Positions 45,001-57,489 of a DNA stretch of 64,000 bases are shown here, piece after piece. The stretch spans positions 1 to 64,000 of the forward strand of contig JAYWIR010000121.1 of assembly GCA_036172245.1 (NCBI GenBank), given 5' to 3'. Each line of letters starts with the position of its first letter. Position 1 is the stretch's first letter. This stretch comes from Raillietiella orientalis (taxonomy: Eukaryota). Under the pieces are notes generated by a model. That model saw nothing but the letters and a program-made list of their open reading frames with translations, was not told the origin of the DNA and did not search any database. A program made the position numbers and the translations under genes.

Positions 45001-48000
45001 CCACGCAGCTAGAGATGTAGTGTCATTTTATGAAAACAAAACAGAAAAGTAACAACCTCATCGTCATTGCTGCCACTTGGAATGCAATAACTCGAACTTC
45101 CGACAACCAATTCCCAATGTTTCTCGGAATATGGAATACAACATTGGTGTCTCTTCCTTTGTCGGAATCGGTTAATTTGTTGATAGCGAACATGCCATGG
45201 AAGCTGTCTTACAGGAAGACAGCTGAAGTGGAAGAAGAGTGAGATATCTTTGCTCCTTCAAATTCGAAGAATATAAAAGGGTGTCATTTGATACGCAACC
45301 TTTGTTTCATGGACAACGAAACAGATTTCGGAGTGTACCATCCCTTGGAAAAAATAACTGTTCATCATTCTTCATGATAGCAGTCTAAAGTTGACCTGAT
45401 TTGAGAAGATGATATCAAGAATGCGGATTCTTGATCTTCCTAGCAGGAAATAATTAGCTCTCCATAAGAAAACAAGCAAAACTCATTGAAAATGTCAACT
45501 TAATATAATAACTCAATACAGAACAGAAGTCACCAACTATCTAAAACAAGAGAAATGCTTTTTGACGATTTTCAACATTAGTTGCTACGTTAACAATTCC
45601 GTAGTCAATCCGTTGTCACTTGCTGCAATGTCGATGACACTGGAATTGTGAGGTCCCACCAAAAAATTGCAGATTCCCAATGGCAGTCGATTTGCGACTT
45701 GTCAACCGTATGAAACGGAAACAATCGGTGCATTCGAAATGAGATCAGCAGATGCATGCTAAATTTTAATCACAATTATGTTAAGAAAGCAAGGAAAATA
45801 GTAAAATTTTCCAAATTGCGCTGCTTAAATGGCGTCCGCATTTGCAGTGCAACCTTCAACTTTGTAACGATTCAGCTATGCAGAAATTGCCTCTCTTTGC
45901 ACATCAGTCGACGTCCACACATAGATCAGAATTCGCGATGCAACTGAAACTGTTTTGCCAGTTTTTATTGTTTCTATGAGCATGGCGCAACTTGGCAAAC
46001 CTCGTCGATCGAGGTTGCGAATTTTTAGAAAAATTGTAAATAGCAGGCTGTATCGAAGAATAATGTTGATAAAACAAGTTATTCTTTGTTTGTCCAAGCA
46101 GATCGAAATCGAAATAAAGAGAGGTGAGGGTGTAGTGCCATTGCAGAATAAAAGAAAAGGAACGAAAAACATCTTTGCTGTTAATGTACTGGGAACGCAG
46201 TAACTAGGACTTCCGACGTAGATTTTCTAGTGTGTCTCGGTATATTGAATAGCACTTACGTGGGTGCTCTTTTGCCGCCATGGGCGACATTCATGTGAAA
46301 GCACAAGAGCGGAAAGATCTTTTGCAGAGACAACCTTGTCTTGGAACTGCCGTGGAAAGATCTATGATTCGTAGTTTACTTTGGCTCTGAATGTTTGGTC
46401 TTCAATTTGTGACATTCGTTTCCATGACAATGGGATGGATTTAGAGTGTTCATTTCTTTGGAAGGAAAGGAAAGTCCGTGTTCTTTATCGCTGTTGTCTT
46501 GAACTGTTATCTTCTGTGGAGTATATGTGTGAAGTATGCCGATGCATTCTCATCAAAGCAACGAAAATATACCTGTGCGTAGAAAGTGGAAAGCAAACGA
46601 CTGAAGACATTAGTTTGCTCGACAGAATTATTACGGCACAGTCGTCAGCAAATCCTGAAGGAAAAGGAGTGCTATTACACGAATTGAATCATTCGTTTCT
46701 GCGACAATTCTTCTGTAACAAATCGGTTGTGTCGCAAAGAAATGTCGATGGAACTGGACAGATTAGGGCTCACCAAAGAATTGCATTTGCGCTCCTGTAT
46801 TCCAGATTCGCATTTAGACGGTATGTGATCCGAACCATCGAACCTTTGCAGTTGAGTGTTACAGATGCGTATTTCGTTATGTTTTCGATAGCAAAACGAA
46901 TTCAACGCAGATTTAATTCTTAGAAAATTTTGCTTTCTCAAATAGTGTTATTACTTCGATTGAAACGCTCTCCTTTATGGCGAAGAACCATGGGAAGAAC
47001 TGCTTATGTTTGCGCATCAGTCGACGTGCACACATGATTCTATATTAACCATAGATATCCAAACCAGCGGTACAGGGTTTGAATCCGCTCTGCGCCACTT
47101 AAAAAACTTTGTCTATCGCTGTGCTTATGCTTTCCGAGAATCAAAATGACAACTAGCGTTGAAATGTTAGTAACCAAGAAGGCATTCTTCGTTCGTCGAC
47201 ACAGATCGAATGGCCAATCCACGCAGCTAGAGATGTAGTGTCATTTTATGAAAACAAAACAGAAAAGTAACAACCTCATCGTCATTGCTGCCACTTGGAA
47301 GGCAATAACTCGAACTTCCGACAACCAATTCCCAATGTTTCTCGGAATATGGAATACAACATTGGTGTCTCTTCCTTTGTCGGAATCGGTTAATTTCTTG
47401 ATAGCGAACATGCCATGGAAGCTGTCTTACAGGAAAACAGCTGTAGTGGAACAAGAGTCAAGATATCTTTGCTCCTTCAAATTCGAAGAATATAAAAGGG
47501 TGTCATTTGATTCGCAACCTTTGTTTCCTGGACAACGAAACAGATGTCGGAGTGTACAATCCCTTGGAAAAAATAACTATTCATCATTGTTCATGATAGC
47601 AGTCTAAAGTTGACATGATTTGCGAAGATGATATCAAGAATGCGGATGCGTGATCTTCCTAGCAGGATATAATTAGCTCTGCATGGGAAAACAAACAAAA
47701 CCCATTGAAAATGTCAACATAATATAATAACTCAATACAGAACAGAAGTCACCAACTATCTAAAACAACAAGAATGCTTCTTGACGATTTTCAACATTAG
47801 TTGCTACGTTAAGAATTCCGTAGTCAATCCGTTGTCACTTGCTGCAATGTCGATGACACTGGAATTGTGAGGTCCCACCAAAAAATTGCAGATTCCCAAT
47901 GGCAGTCGATTTGCGACTTGTCAACCGTATGAAACGGAAACAATCGGTGCATTCGAAATGAGATCAGCAGATGCATGCTAAATTTTAATCACAATTATGT

Positions 48001-51000
48001 TAAGAAAGCAAGGAAAATAGTAAAATTTTCCAAATTGCGCTGCTTAAATGGCGTCCGCATTTGCAGTGCAACCTTCAACTTTGTAACGATTCAGCTATGC
48101 AGAAATTGCCTCTCTTTGCACATCAGTCGACGTCCACACATAGATCAGAATTCGCGATGCAACTGAAACTGTTTTGCCAGTTTTTATTGTTTCTATGAGC
48201 ATGGCGCAACTTGGCAAACCTCGTCGATCGAGGTTGCGAATTTTTAGAAAAATTGTAAATAGCAGGCTGTATCGAAGAATAATGTTGATAAAACAAGTTA
48301 TTCTTTGTTTGTCCAAGCACATCGAAATCGAAATAAAGAGAGGTGAGGGTGTAGTGCCATTGCAGAATCAAAGAAAAGGAACGAGAAACATCTTTGCTGT
48401 TAATGTACTGGGAACGCAGTAACTAGGACTTCCGACGTAGATTTTCTAGTGTGTCTCGGTATATTGAATAGCACTTACGTGGGTGCTCTTTTGCCGCCAT
48501 GGGCGACATTCATGTGAAAGCAAAAGAGCGGAAAGATCTTTTGCAGAGACAACCTTGTCTTGGAACTGCCGTGGAAAGATCTATGATTCGTAGTTTACTT
48601 TAGCTCTGAATGTTTGGTCTTCAATTTGTGACATTCGTTTCCATGACAATGGGATGGATTTAGAGTGTTCATTTCTTTGGAAGGAAAGGAAAGTCCGTGT
48701 TCTTTATCGCTGTTGTCTTGAACTGTTATCTTCTGTGGAGTATATGTGTGAAGTATGCCGATGCATTCTCATCAAAGCAACGAAAATATACCTGTGCGTA
48801 GAAAGTGGAAAGGAACCGAATGAAGACATTAGTTTGCTCGAAAGAATTACTTCGGCACAGACGTAACCAAATCCTAGAGGAGAACGAGTGCTATTACAGG
48901 AATTGCTTCATTCGTTCAGGCGACAATTATTCTGTAACAAATCGGTTGTGTCGCACAGAAATGTCGATGGGACTGGACATATTAGTGCTCACCGAAATAT
49001 TGCACCTGCGCTCCTGTAATCCAGATTCGGATTTAGACGGTATGTGATCCGAACCATCGAATCTTTGCAGTTGAGTGTTAGACATGCGTATTTCGTTATG
49101 TTTTCGATAGCCAAACGAATTCAACGCAGATTTAATTCTTAGAAAATTTTCCTTTCTCAAATAGTGTTATTATTTCGATTGAAACGCTCTGCTTTATGGC
49201 GAAGAACCATGGGAAGAACTGCTTATCTTTGCGCATCAGTCGACGTGCACACATGATTCTATATTAACCATAGATATCCAAACCAGCGGTACAGGGTTTG
49301 AATCCGCTCTGCGCCACTTAACAAACTTTGTCTATCGCTGTGCTTATGCTTCTCAAGAATCAAAATGACAACTAGCGTTGAAATGTAAGTAACCAAGTGA
49401 AGATATTCTTCGTTCGTCGACACAGATCGAATAACCAATCCACGCAGCTAGAGATGTAGTGTCATTTTATGAAAACAAAACAGAAAAGTAACAACCTCAT
49501 CGTCATTGCTGCCACTTGGAATGCAATAACTCGAACTTCCGACAACCAATTCCCAATGTTTCTCGGAATATGGAATACAACATTGGTGTCTCTTCCTTTG
49601 TCGGAATCGGTTAATTTGTTGATAGCGAACATGCCATGGAGCTGTCTTACAGGAAGACAGCTGAAGTGGAAGAAGAGTGAGATATCTTTGCTCCTTCAAA
49701 TTCGAAGAATATAAAAGGGTGTCATTTGATACGCAACCTTTGTTTCATGGACAACGAAACAGATTTCGGAGTGTGCCATCCCTTGGAAAAAATAACTGTT
49801 CATCATTCTTCATGATAGCAGTCTAAAGTTGACCTGATTTGAGAAGATGATATCAAGAATGCGGATTCTTGATCTTCCTAGCAGGAAATAATTAGCTCTC
49901 CATAAGAAAACAAGCAAAACTCATTGAAAATGTCAACTTAATATAATAACTCAATACAGAACAGAAGTCACCAACTATCTAAAACAAGAGAAATGCTTTT
50001 TGACGATTTTCAACATTAGTTGCTACGTTAACAATTCCGTAGTCAATCCGTTGTCACTTGCTGCAATGTCGATGACACTGGAATTGTGAGGTCCCACCAA
50101 AAAATTGCAGATTCCCAATGGCAGTCGATTTGCGACTTGTCAACCGTATGAAACGGAAACAATCGGTGCATTCGAAATGAGATCAGCAGATGCATACTAA
50201 ATTTTAATCACAATTATGTTAAGAAAGCAAGGAAAATAGTAAAATTTTCCAAATTGCGCTGCTTAAATGGCGTCCGCATTTGCAGTGCAACCTTCAACTT
50301 TGTAACGATTCAGCTATGCAGAAATTGCCTCTCTTTGCACATCAGTCGACGTCCACACATAGATCAGAATTCGCGATGCAACTGAAACTGTTTTGCCAGT
50401 TTTTATTGTTTCTATGAGCATGGCGCAACTTGGCAAACCTCGTCGATCGAGGTTGCGAATTTTTAGAAAAATTGTAAATAGCAGGCTGTATCGAAGAATA
50501 ATGTTGATAAAACAAGTTATTCTTTGTTTGTCCAAGCAGATCGAAATCGAAATAAAGAGAGGTGAGGGTGTAGTGCCATTGCAGAATAAAAGAAAAGGAA
50601 CGAAAAACATCTTTGCTGTTAATGTACTGGGAACGCAGTAACTAGGACTTCCGACGTAGATTTTCTAGTGTGTCTCGGTATATTGAATAGCACTTACGTG
50701 GGTGCTCTTTTGCCGCCATGGGCGACATTCATGTGAAAGCAAAAGAGCGGAAAGATCTTTTGCAGAGACAACCTTGTCTTGGAACTGCCGTGGAAAGATC
50801 TATGATTCGTAGTTTACTTTGGCTCTGAATGTTTGGTCTTCAATTTGTGACATTCGTTTCCATGACAATGGGATGGATTTAGAGTGTTCATTTCTTTGGA
50901 AGGAAAGGAAAGTCCGTGTTCTTTATCGCTGTTGTCTTGAACTGTTATCTTCTGTGGAGTATATGTGTGAAGTAAGCCGATGCATTCTCATCAAAGCAAC

Positions 51001-52056
51001 GAAAATATACCTGTGCGTAGAAAGTGGAAAGCAACCGACTGAAGACATTAGTTTGCTCGACAGAATTATTACGGCACAGACGTCAGCAAATCCTGAAGGA
51101 AAAGGAGTGCTATTACACGAATTGAATCATTCGTTTCTGCGACAGTTCTTCTGTAACAAATAGGTTGTGTCGCACAGAAATGTCGATGGAACTGGACAGA
51201 TTAGGGCTCACCAAAGAATTGCATTTGCGCTCCTGTAATCCAGATTCGGATTTAGACGGTATGTGATCCGAACCATCGAACCTTCGCAGTTGAGTGTTAG
51301 TTATGCGTATTTCGTTATGTTTTCGATAGCAAAACGAATTCAACGCATATTTGATTCTTAGAAAATTTTGCTTTCTCAAATAGTTCTATTACTTCGATTG
51401 AAACGCTCTGCTTTATGGCGAAGAAGCATGGGAAGAACTGCTTATGTTTGCGCATCAGTCGACGTGCACACATGATTCTATATTAACCATAGATATCCAA
51501 ACCAGCGGTACAGGGTTTGAATCCGCTCTGCGCCACTTAACAAACTTTGTCTATCGCTGTGCTCATGCTTCTCAAGAATCAAAATGACAACTAGCGTTGA
51601 AATGTAAGTAACCAAGTGAAGATATTCTTCGTTCGTCGACACAGATCGAATAACCAATCCACGCAGCTAGAGATGTAGTGTCATTTTATGAAAACAAAAC
51701 AGAAAAGTAACAACCTCATCGTCATTGCTGCCACTTGGAAGGCAACAACTCGAACTTCCGACAACCAATTCCCAATGTTTCTCGGAATATGGAATACAAC
51801 ATTGGTGTCTCTTCCATACTCGGAATCGGTTAATTTCTTCATAGCGAACATGCCATGGAAGCTGTCTTACAGGAAAACAGCTGTTGTGGAACAAGAGTCA
51901 AGATATCTTTGCTCCTTCAAATTCGAAGAATATCAAAGGGTGTCATTTGATTCGCAACCTTTGTTTCCTGGACAACGAAACTGATGTCGGAGTGTACAAT
52001 CCCTTGGAAAAAATAACTATTTATCATTGTTGATGATAGCAGTCTAAAGTTGACAT
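21093..52056. repeat. Same ~2220-bp satellite, right of gap (13 full + 2 partial copies); array terminus at ~52056
   Basis: Marker recurs at ~22849, 25067, 27279, 29501, 31721, 33929, 36150, 38370, 40590, 42787, 45008, 47226, 49447, 51666; homology stops abruptly after ...AGTCTAAAGTTGACAT (52056). Confidence 0.98.
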
Positions 52057-53239
52057 TAAGGATTGACATGCGAGTTCCCTTTGCAGTGTCGTAGCACCGG
52101 AGGCAAGCTTTCTTCTCGTGCTGGTGATGGAGATGACTTTGTCGACCTGTGTACTCGGTTCTCCATCTTGGAAATTCCAGCAGGTTTTTTCTCTTCTAAA
52201 TGCCTTCCTTTCCTTTGACCAGAGGCTATGCCGCTCTCTTTTGGATGGTGTAGTTCTTCTACATGCAGTCTTCGTCAGTATTTTTCCGAGATTTTCATCT
52301 TTCGGAGCTTCGAGGATTTTTTTCTGAACCAATTCGTTTAAAGTTTTCCGCGCTAACCTTTTTACCGACGAAGTAAGTGGAAGCAGCTATCCATATTAAA
52401 CATGTCAGACTCGTTAGCAAGCTTCATCTGTCCTAGGCAGCCTTTGCTTCTCTCCCCGTAGACGTATTTGCTAGCTACTGAGGATGGAAAGTGATGATTT
52501 TTCGTTGGATTTTATCATCTATACAGTGCCTCCCTTTGCAATTTTGATTAGTTGGGGATCGCGGCCGAACTCTAGCCCAACCTGCTCCGGCATAAGTTGA
52601 CCCACCCTATACCTGAGTGCACGCTTGGACACATTTGCAGCACACACTTGCAGGTCAAGACTTGCGCTGCGAGCAATGCTTCTTGCGCTGCCGCAGCGCC
52701 AGCGACTTGAGCAAACTTCTCCGGCGGAGACGACTCGTCCCTCTCCTGCAAGCAATGTTGCCACAGCGAGAGCGGAGATGGTCTCCTCCCTATCCTTCCT
52801 CGTCGTCTTCGGGCCATCTGACCAAAAACACACAAGCACAACGAATAAAACACAAACAGCGGAGCAAACGGAGCTATCGCAAAACACGACCGTAAAGAAT
52901 GTGCCGCGGGACGCGTCTGACGAGAACGCCGCCTTTGCACAGGCATCGTCGTCGAAGGGTGTCATCTGCTAAGCGACTTCTTTTTTGTTGTGGGTTATCT
53001 AGAGCTCCGGTCACTCTGCAATGGAGAGCAAGCGGCTGCTGGCGACGTCGTCCCTTGTGCCGATAAAAGGGAAGAAGTTTGCTTCCACAAGATCATCCCC
53101 CGCTCAGCGAAGGGTGGGGCGCTGCGGCCTCTGCCCCGTCAACGGCGGCCACGAAGCTGGGGCCTACAAAGGCCAGATCCCACAACCCCAGCGCGCTGTA
53201 TGAGATAAAGAAGGTTTTCCATCATGTGACTGCGTGCTT

Positions 53240-53930
53240 TTGAGATCAGGGGCTGCACAGCCTAAACGTGCAGTCCGTAGAGTTCTCAATTCGAAGCGGG
53301 GGCAGGTCGTTGAACTCACATGCAAAGATTTCTCTCAACTTCTGTTTAAAACCCTCAGCAAGATCGAGGGTCCTCAACACTTTTTCACGACGATGGACTG
53401 CTCGGTGGTTGTTTACCTTGCAAGAATCAACGTTCAAATGTACTGGGATGCCTTGCGGGCAGATCTCGTAAAATTCCCGACTGTGCACGCGATGTGGGCA
53501 AAGCCCAATCGATTCCAAGCCTCCTAGGGCGTGTTGAGAAGCTTTGCCTCGGCGCGCGTAAGGGGGCTTGCTGCTCCAGAAACTAAAGATCAGCAAAGAG
53601 CAAGTCGATCTTTTGTACTTGGACATACCCTAGTACTGCGGTTTTTGTGAAGCGACAAGGCACTTGAGAAGACGATCGACGAACATGACTTGCAGCAAGT
53701 GTAGCGAGAGGGAGAACACAGATAAAGTGTGTCTCCGAAGGGCCAAACGCAACCCGCTTGCAAGAAGCAGCAATAGAAGGTGCATACTGCGAAACCTGGA
53801 AAGACCAGGAAGAATCCAAAAGCCACGGCGAAAGGGGTACCTGCCATGACAAAATAATGGAAAAAAGTATCCCGGAGCTGTCCCGGATTCAATGAACTGG
53901 GTGGCCACCAAGTAGGAGATGGATTTATCT
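53240..53930 (+). mobile_element. Degenerate Ty3/Gypsy pol fragment (end of RNase H and linker)
   Basis: ORF 53268-53471 gives TARWLFTLQESTFKCTGMPCG, resembling the Gypsy RNase H motif ARW..LQEY.F.I.Y.PG..N..AD.LSR; PELSRIQ*TGWP near 53870-53910 resembles the DP.L...GWP linker. Frameshifted. Confidence 0.5.
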
Positions 53931-54129
53931 GGGCAAGCAAACAAGTGCAACTAACTTTAAAGACAGGAAGAGCCGATTGCCTTTTGAATTTTGCCGATTG
54001 CTCCTCAGCAGAGATTTGAAAATTTTATGCATGTTTGGTGACGTCAATCCACCGATTTAGTTGAATTATCTTCACATTTTCGAAAATGATCTCTCCATCA
54101 GAAAAGTGTGTTCACCTGCGTTCACATTG

Positions 54130-55600
54130 CAGGTCCGTGATTACGCAGCTTCGATAAATGGATCCCTACGAATCACATCATTTCTTTCCTGGAGCAGGTA
54201 ATGCAGTGGATGGCACCACCCACAGGAAGAAAGAGAACCTCCTGACTCATATGCTATACTCGGCTACGATGCACCTTAAGTTTAGAACTGAAGCAGCTGC
54301 TGCAGCTGCTCAAATGAAGTTCGCGATGGGTTTGCATTTGTCGAGAGACATCAATTAGGAGCAATCAATGCCTGAAAAAATGTGGCATTTGTGGTCACAG
54401 ATGTGATGACTCAACCTTAGACTGTGATCGATGTTGTGTCATCTTACATTATGACTTTAACATATCACTGAAGGTATGAATCCGGTAACAAATTTTGTCA
54501 TGCTCTGTTAGCTCAAAATTAATCGGTTTCCAAGATTCAAGCAAAGAGTCACTCACTTTGAAATTTTAAATTCGATGAATTCATCAGCGGATTTTGATGA
54601 ATTGATTGTCATGACGAAGGTGGAATGATGCTGGTGCTTTACTTCAAGAAGCGTCATAACGGAGCAAGGAATTGTCATCGAAGGTGGGAAGCCGTTTAGC
54701 AGATGAGTTTCGTCACGATGGAGCCTTGTGGTTCCTCTTTATCGTCTTCATTCTGTAGCTGGAAATTTCTTTCAGGCAAAGTCCTTCACATGAGCCGAGA
54801 GTATGGTGCCATTGGAGACCAACTCGCAAGAGCAATGGGAGCGGATAATTTTGAAATGGGAAACATCACCGCGAATTTCAACAAATCAACTAACAAAACC
54901 GCCTAAAGAGCACACTCGCTTTTAAGTGAAAGGGATGCGCAAACCACCGAGGGTGGCAGTTTTTTGCGTCATATTTTTTTCTGAGCGTCCATCCTTGAGT
55001 GCTCAGCAAGTGGAATCCCATGTTGCATGAAAAAGTTATCTGCTCGCAGGATATATGGCATTGCGGCATGTGATCCTGAAGTGTCTTGGTTCATAACTAG
55101 GAAGTGCTTCTAGAAGGTTCACTCTTGAACTGGGATTCTCTAGAAGCGATACAGGAACTGTGCACTGCATTGACAACTGTGCTTTCGTATGCGTGTTTCC
55201 AGAAAACGATGGGGTATCATCCTTGAAATTTATTCACGATGGTTTTTCGATTGCGATAGCACTGCTGGTGCCCATGGGGCGCAGGTGTGGCAGTCACGTG
55301 CGCTCTCGAATTCTCCAACGGATGAAAATCTCAAAAGACCGCTGCGAAAAAGCTTAGGTCACTGTCATTCATTTGTTTCTTTGCCGCTTGCAGGAAGGTG
55401 GAACCATTCAAGAAACCTCCGTAAAGCAGCAGGAACGGTTGAGGGCAGACCGGGAGATGCCTCTCCCGATGATGTGCTTTAGATGATGTGCAAAGTGCAA
55501 CGATTCGACTGAACTGAGTTACAGGAATTAGTCACTTCCACCTCTTTTCATGCTGCACCTTCAGGCACCTTTATTCGGAAAGAAATCGCTTGGTAAGGCT
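54130..55600 (+). mobile_element. Degenerate BEL/Pao pol fragment (RNase H end through integrase core)
   Basis: Motif relics in the expected order across frameshifts: HHFFPGAGNAVD (cf. WRHVPG.ENPAD, ~54175), EQGIV..VGSRL (cf. GILRVGGRL, ~54665-54698), SRAIQELCTALTT (cf. TRAIHLEL..DLTT, ~55139-55180), RWGIILEIYS-DG (cf. RRG.P..IYSDNG, ~55205-55245), VWQ..LKRPLRKSLG (~55285-55360). Confidence 0.6.
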
Positions 55601-55619
55601 GTGAGGAACAGTGCATAAA

Positions 55620-56140
55620 CTCGAAAAAGGAAAATCTGAATTACGGCGGTTTTGTGTTTCTTCTCCTTGCCATCATTATTCATGCTGCAGCACTTAATTC
55701 CTCTCAGTCAACAGGAATTTGGTTTTCGTGTAACACTGAGCATTGAATCTGCGTTTTCCAAGATAGGGCTTCTAAAGAAATCACCTCTTACGCGCTCAGA
55801 CTCACTTGAAAAAGTCCCGAGCACCCGATGGCCCAAGTCGACGATGAGACAAGAAATTTGTCTTATCTACCAACTCGAAATCCAGCTGGAAGACGCATCA
55901 GAGTACTTCAGGTTCACAATAGCTAGTGTCCATGGCAACGGATAGAAAACCAAAGTTGACACGATTCCACAAACAGCGTGGATGAAAGTCTTGAAGAAAG
56001 GTTGACCACTAACGGCTTCATGCAACGTATCCTGGAATCTCGTTTCGGTGATGGTGTGCAGGTTCACCCTTCTACGTGGGAAATCCTTTCCCTTTAGGAG
56101 TTCCACTCGGATGCGAACCATTCCGATTGCCTAGCAACCC
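55620..56140 (-). mobile_element. Degenerate LINE apurinic-type endonuclease fragment, RTE-like
   Basis: Minus strand, in order with frameshifts: LGNRN-VRI (cf. GTWNVRTL, 56134-56110), VNLHTITETRF (cf. VDI..L.ETR, ~56067-56035), AD-FNAQ (cf. GDFNA, ~55753-55736). Confidence 0.55.
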
Positions 56141-56279
56141 GCATCCACTTTTCGTTCGGGAAAGCGGCGTTATGAAGCAAAGATGCGATGTGAGCGTTTT
56201 TGACGTGGTGAGAAAGATTCACTTTGAAGTTCGAATGAGCGAATGCTAAAGGATAAGGAATGAGAAGGAGAAACAGTAG

Positions 56280-56480
56280 GATTCATGGTAAAATCACAAG
56301 ATCAGGGACCTCATTACTTAGGTGAGAGTTCTCTAATAGAATTCTCATTCATGCTTTTCCATTTTAAGAAATTTATTTGGCGAAAAGCCGATATCGAATC
56401 GTGCAATGTGCTTATCTACAAAGTGTCGATGGATGTGGAACGAAAGTGTCGTTGGATTTTTGTTCTTGAGTGTCGCAGTT
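56280..56480 (+). mobile_element. Possible Gypsy-type integrase core relic
   Basis: VKSQDQGPHYLGE..IEF (cf. SDNGPQY.S..F) followed by YLQSVDG/VERK (cf. YPQSNG.AER). Short and weak. Confidence 0.35.
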
Positions 56481-57179
56481 GTGAAAGTTTAAGCATATTC
56501 TTAGAGAGTGCGTCTGAAATTCTGATCCTGAAGAATCAGTCGGCAATCTGTGATCTTTCGAGGAAAATGTGGAAGAGAAAACCATCAGGGATCACCAGAC
56601 TGAACTCTCGATTTTGCTTAGCAAAACGTAGATGACGGCTTGCATCATTCGGTTACGAGAAGGTTCACAACATGATATCGGATTTTGGTTTCAACTTTTC
56701 ATTCGTAGAGATATTCATGTGTAACAGATGTAATTGGTCCACTGTAATGGGTATGCAAGAGAAAGTATGCTCAAAGAAAGTAATTGAAAAATCATGATTG
56801 CTTATGAAGACCAACGCTTATTTAGCTTCAATGGTATTGCTGCGAGTTTCTTTCCATCTACCTCATGTGAGTATTGAAAACCTGAACATGCTGAATTAAA
56901 ACCATGAACATTTATAAACATCCTCAATTGCACAGAAAGCTACCTCAATTATTAAATGAGGAGGCAGCAGCCGATTTCCACTCCAAAAGAAGCATTTTGC
57001 GAAAACAAAGTTGCGAACCCATGAAAACGGAACGCAGGTTCCCCCTATGCATTTCTATGCAAACGGCTGCCTTGGAGCGAACGGAATTGTAATTTCATTA
57101 TAGACATATGTGGAACGTGTTAGGAATTGAGGGTAAAAGCAGACGAAGGACTTCCTCAGCATCGCCGTCTTGGGAAGGG

Positions 57180-57470
57180 AAGTTCCAAACACCGCTGATG
57201 GACCGAGTCAACGATGCGCAATGGGACGGCGGCCTGGACCATCGCACGCTGGAGCAATCCTTTATGGAGTTTGTTTGTGGTCATCATTCGCTATCGCAGC
57301 GAAGTTTTTAAGCACCCTTATGCGCGTTCCGGCACGTCTCCTTGCCAGCCGTGTATCCCCGACGGAAGAGCTTGCGTCATACTTTTGTGCCCTGGCCGAG
57401 AGGAGAAAAGAGGCGATCCTTTCGAACACAATAGCACTCTTTTTCTTCCGCAGGAAATTAATGAACCATC
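57180..57470 (+). mobile_element. Degenerate non-LTR retrotransposon ORF2 C-terminus (CCHC-knuckle region)
   Basis: Across frames: MEFVCGHHSL ... SPCQPC ... ILLCPGREEKR ... LFFFR, matching the GH..L...SP.C..C...E...H.L..CP...R pattern of I/R1/Jockey-group LINE ends. Confidence 0.45.
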
Positions 57471-57489
57471 GGGGTAGCCCACCAGCATA

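Noticed and set aside
768..51984. Recurrent 60-180 aa ORFs in the array as a tandem gene family or decayed protein repeat
   Set aside because: Several half-versus-half codon pairs looked synonymous, but a hand count over 85 aligned triplets gave about 35/37/33 mismatches at positions 1/2/3. Stops and frameshifts occur in the candidate frames on both strands, and differences between copies are mostly non-synonymous.
52070..52980. ORFs just past the array end (KTLNELVQKKILE as a Gypsy RT start; overlapping GC-rich ORFs)
   Set aside because: One vague motif with no supporting downstream RT motifs; no recognisable product.
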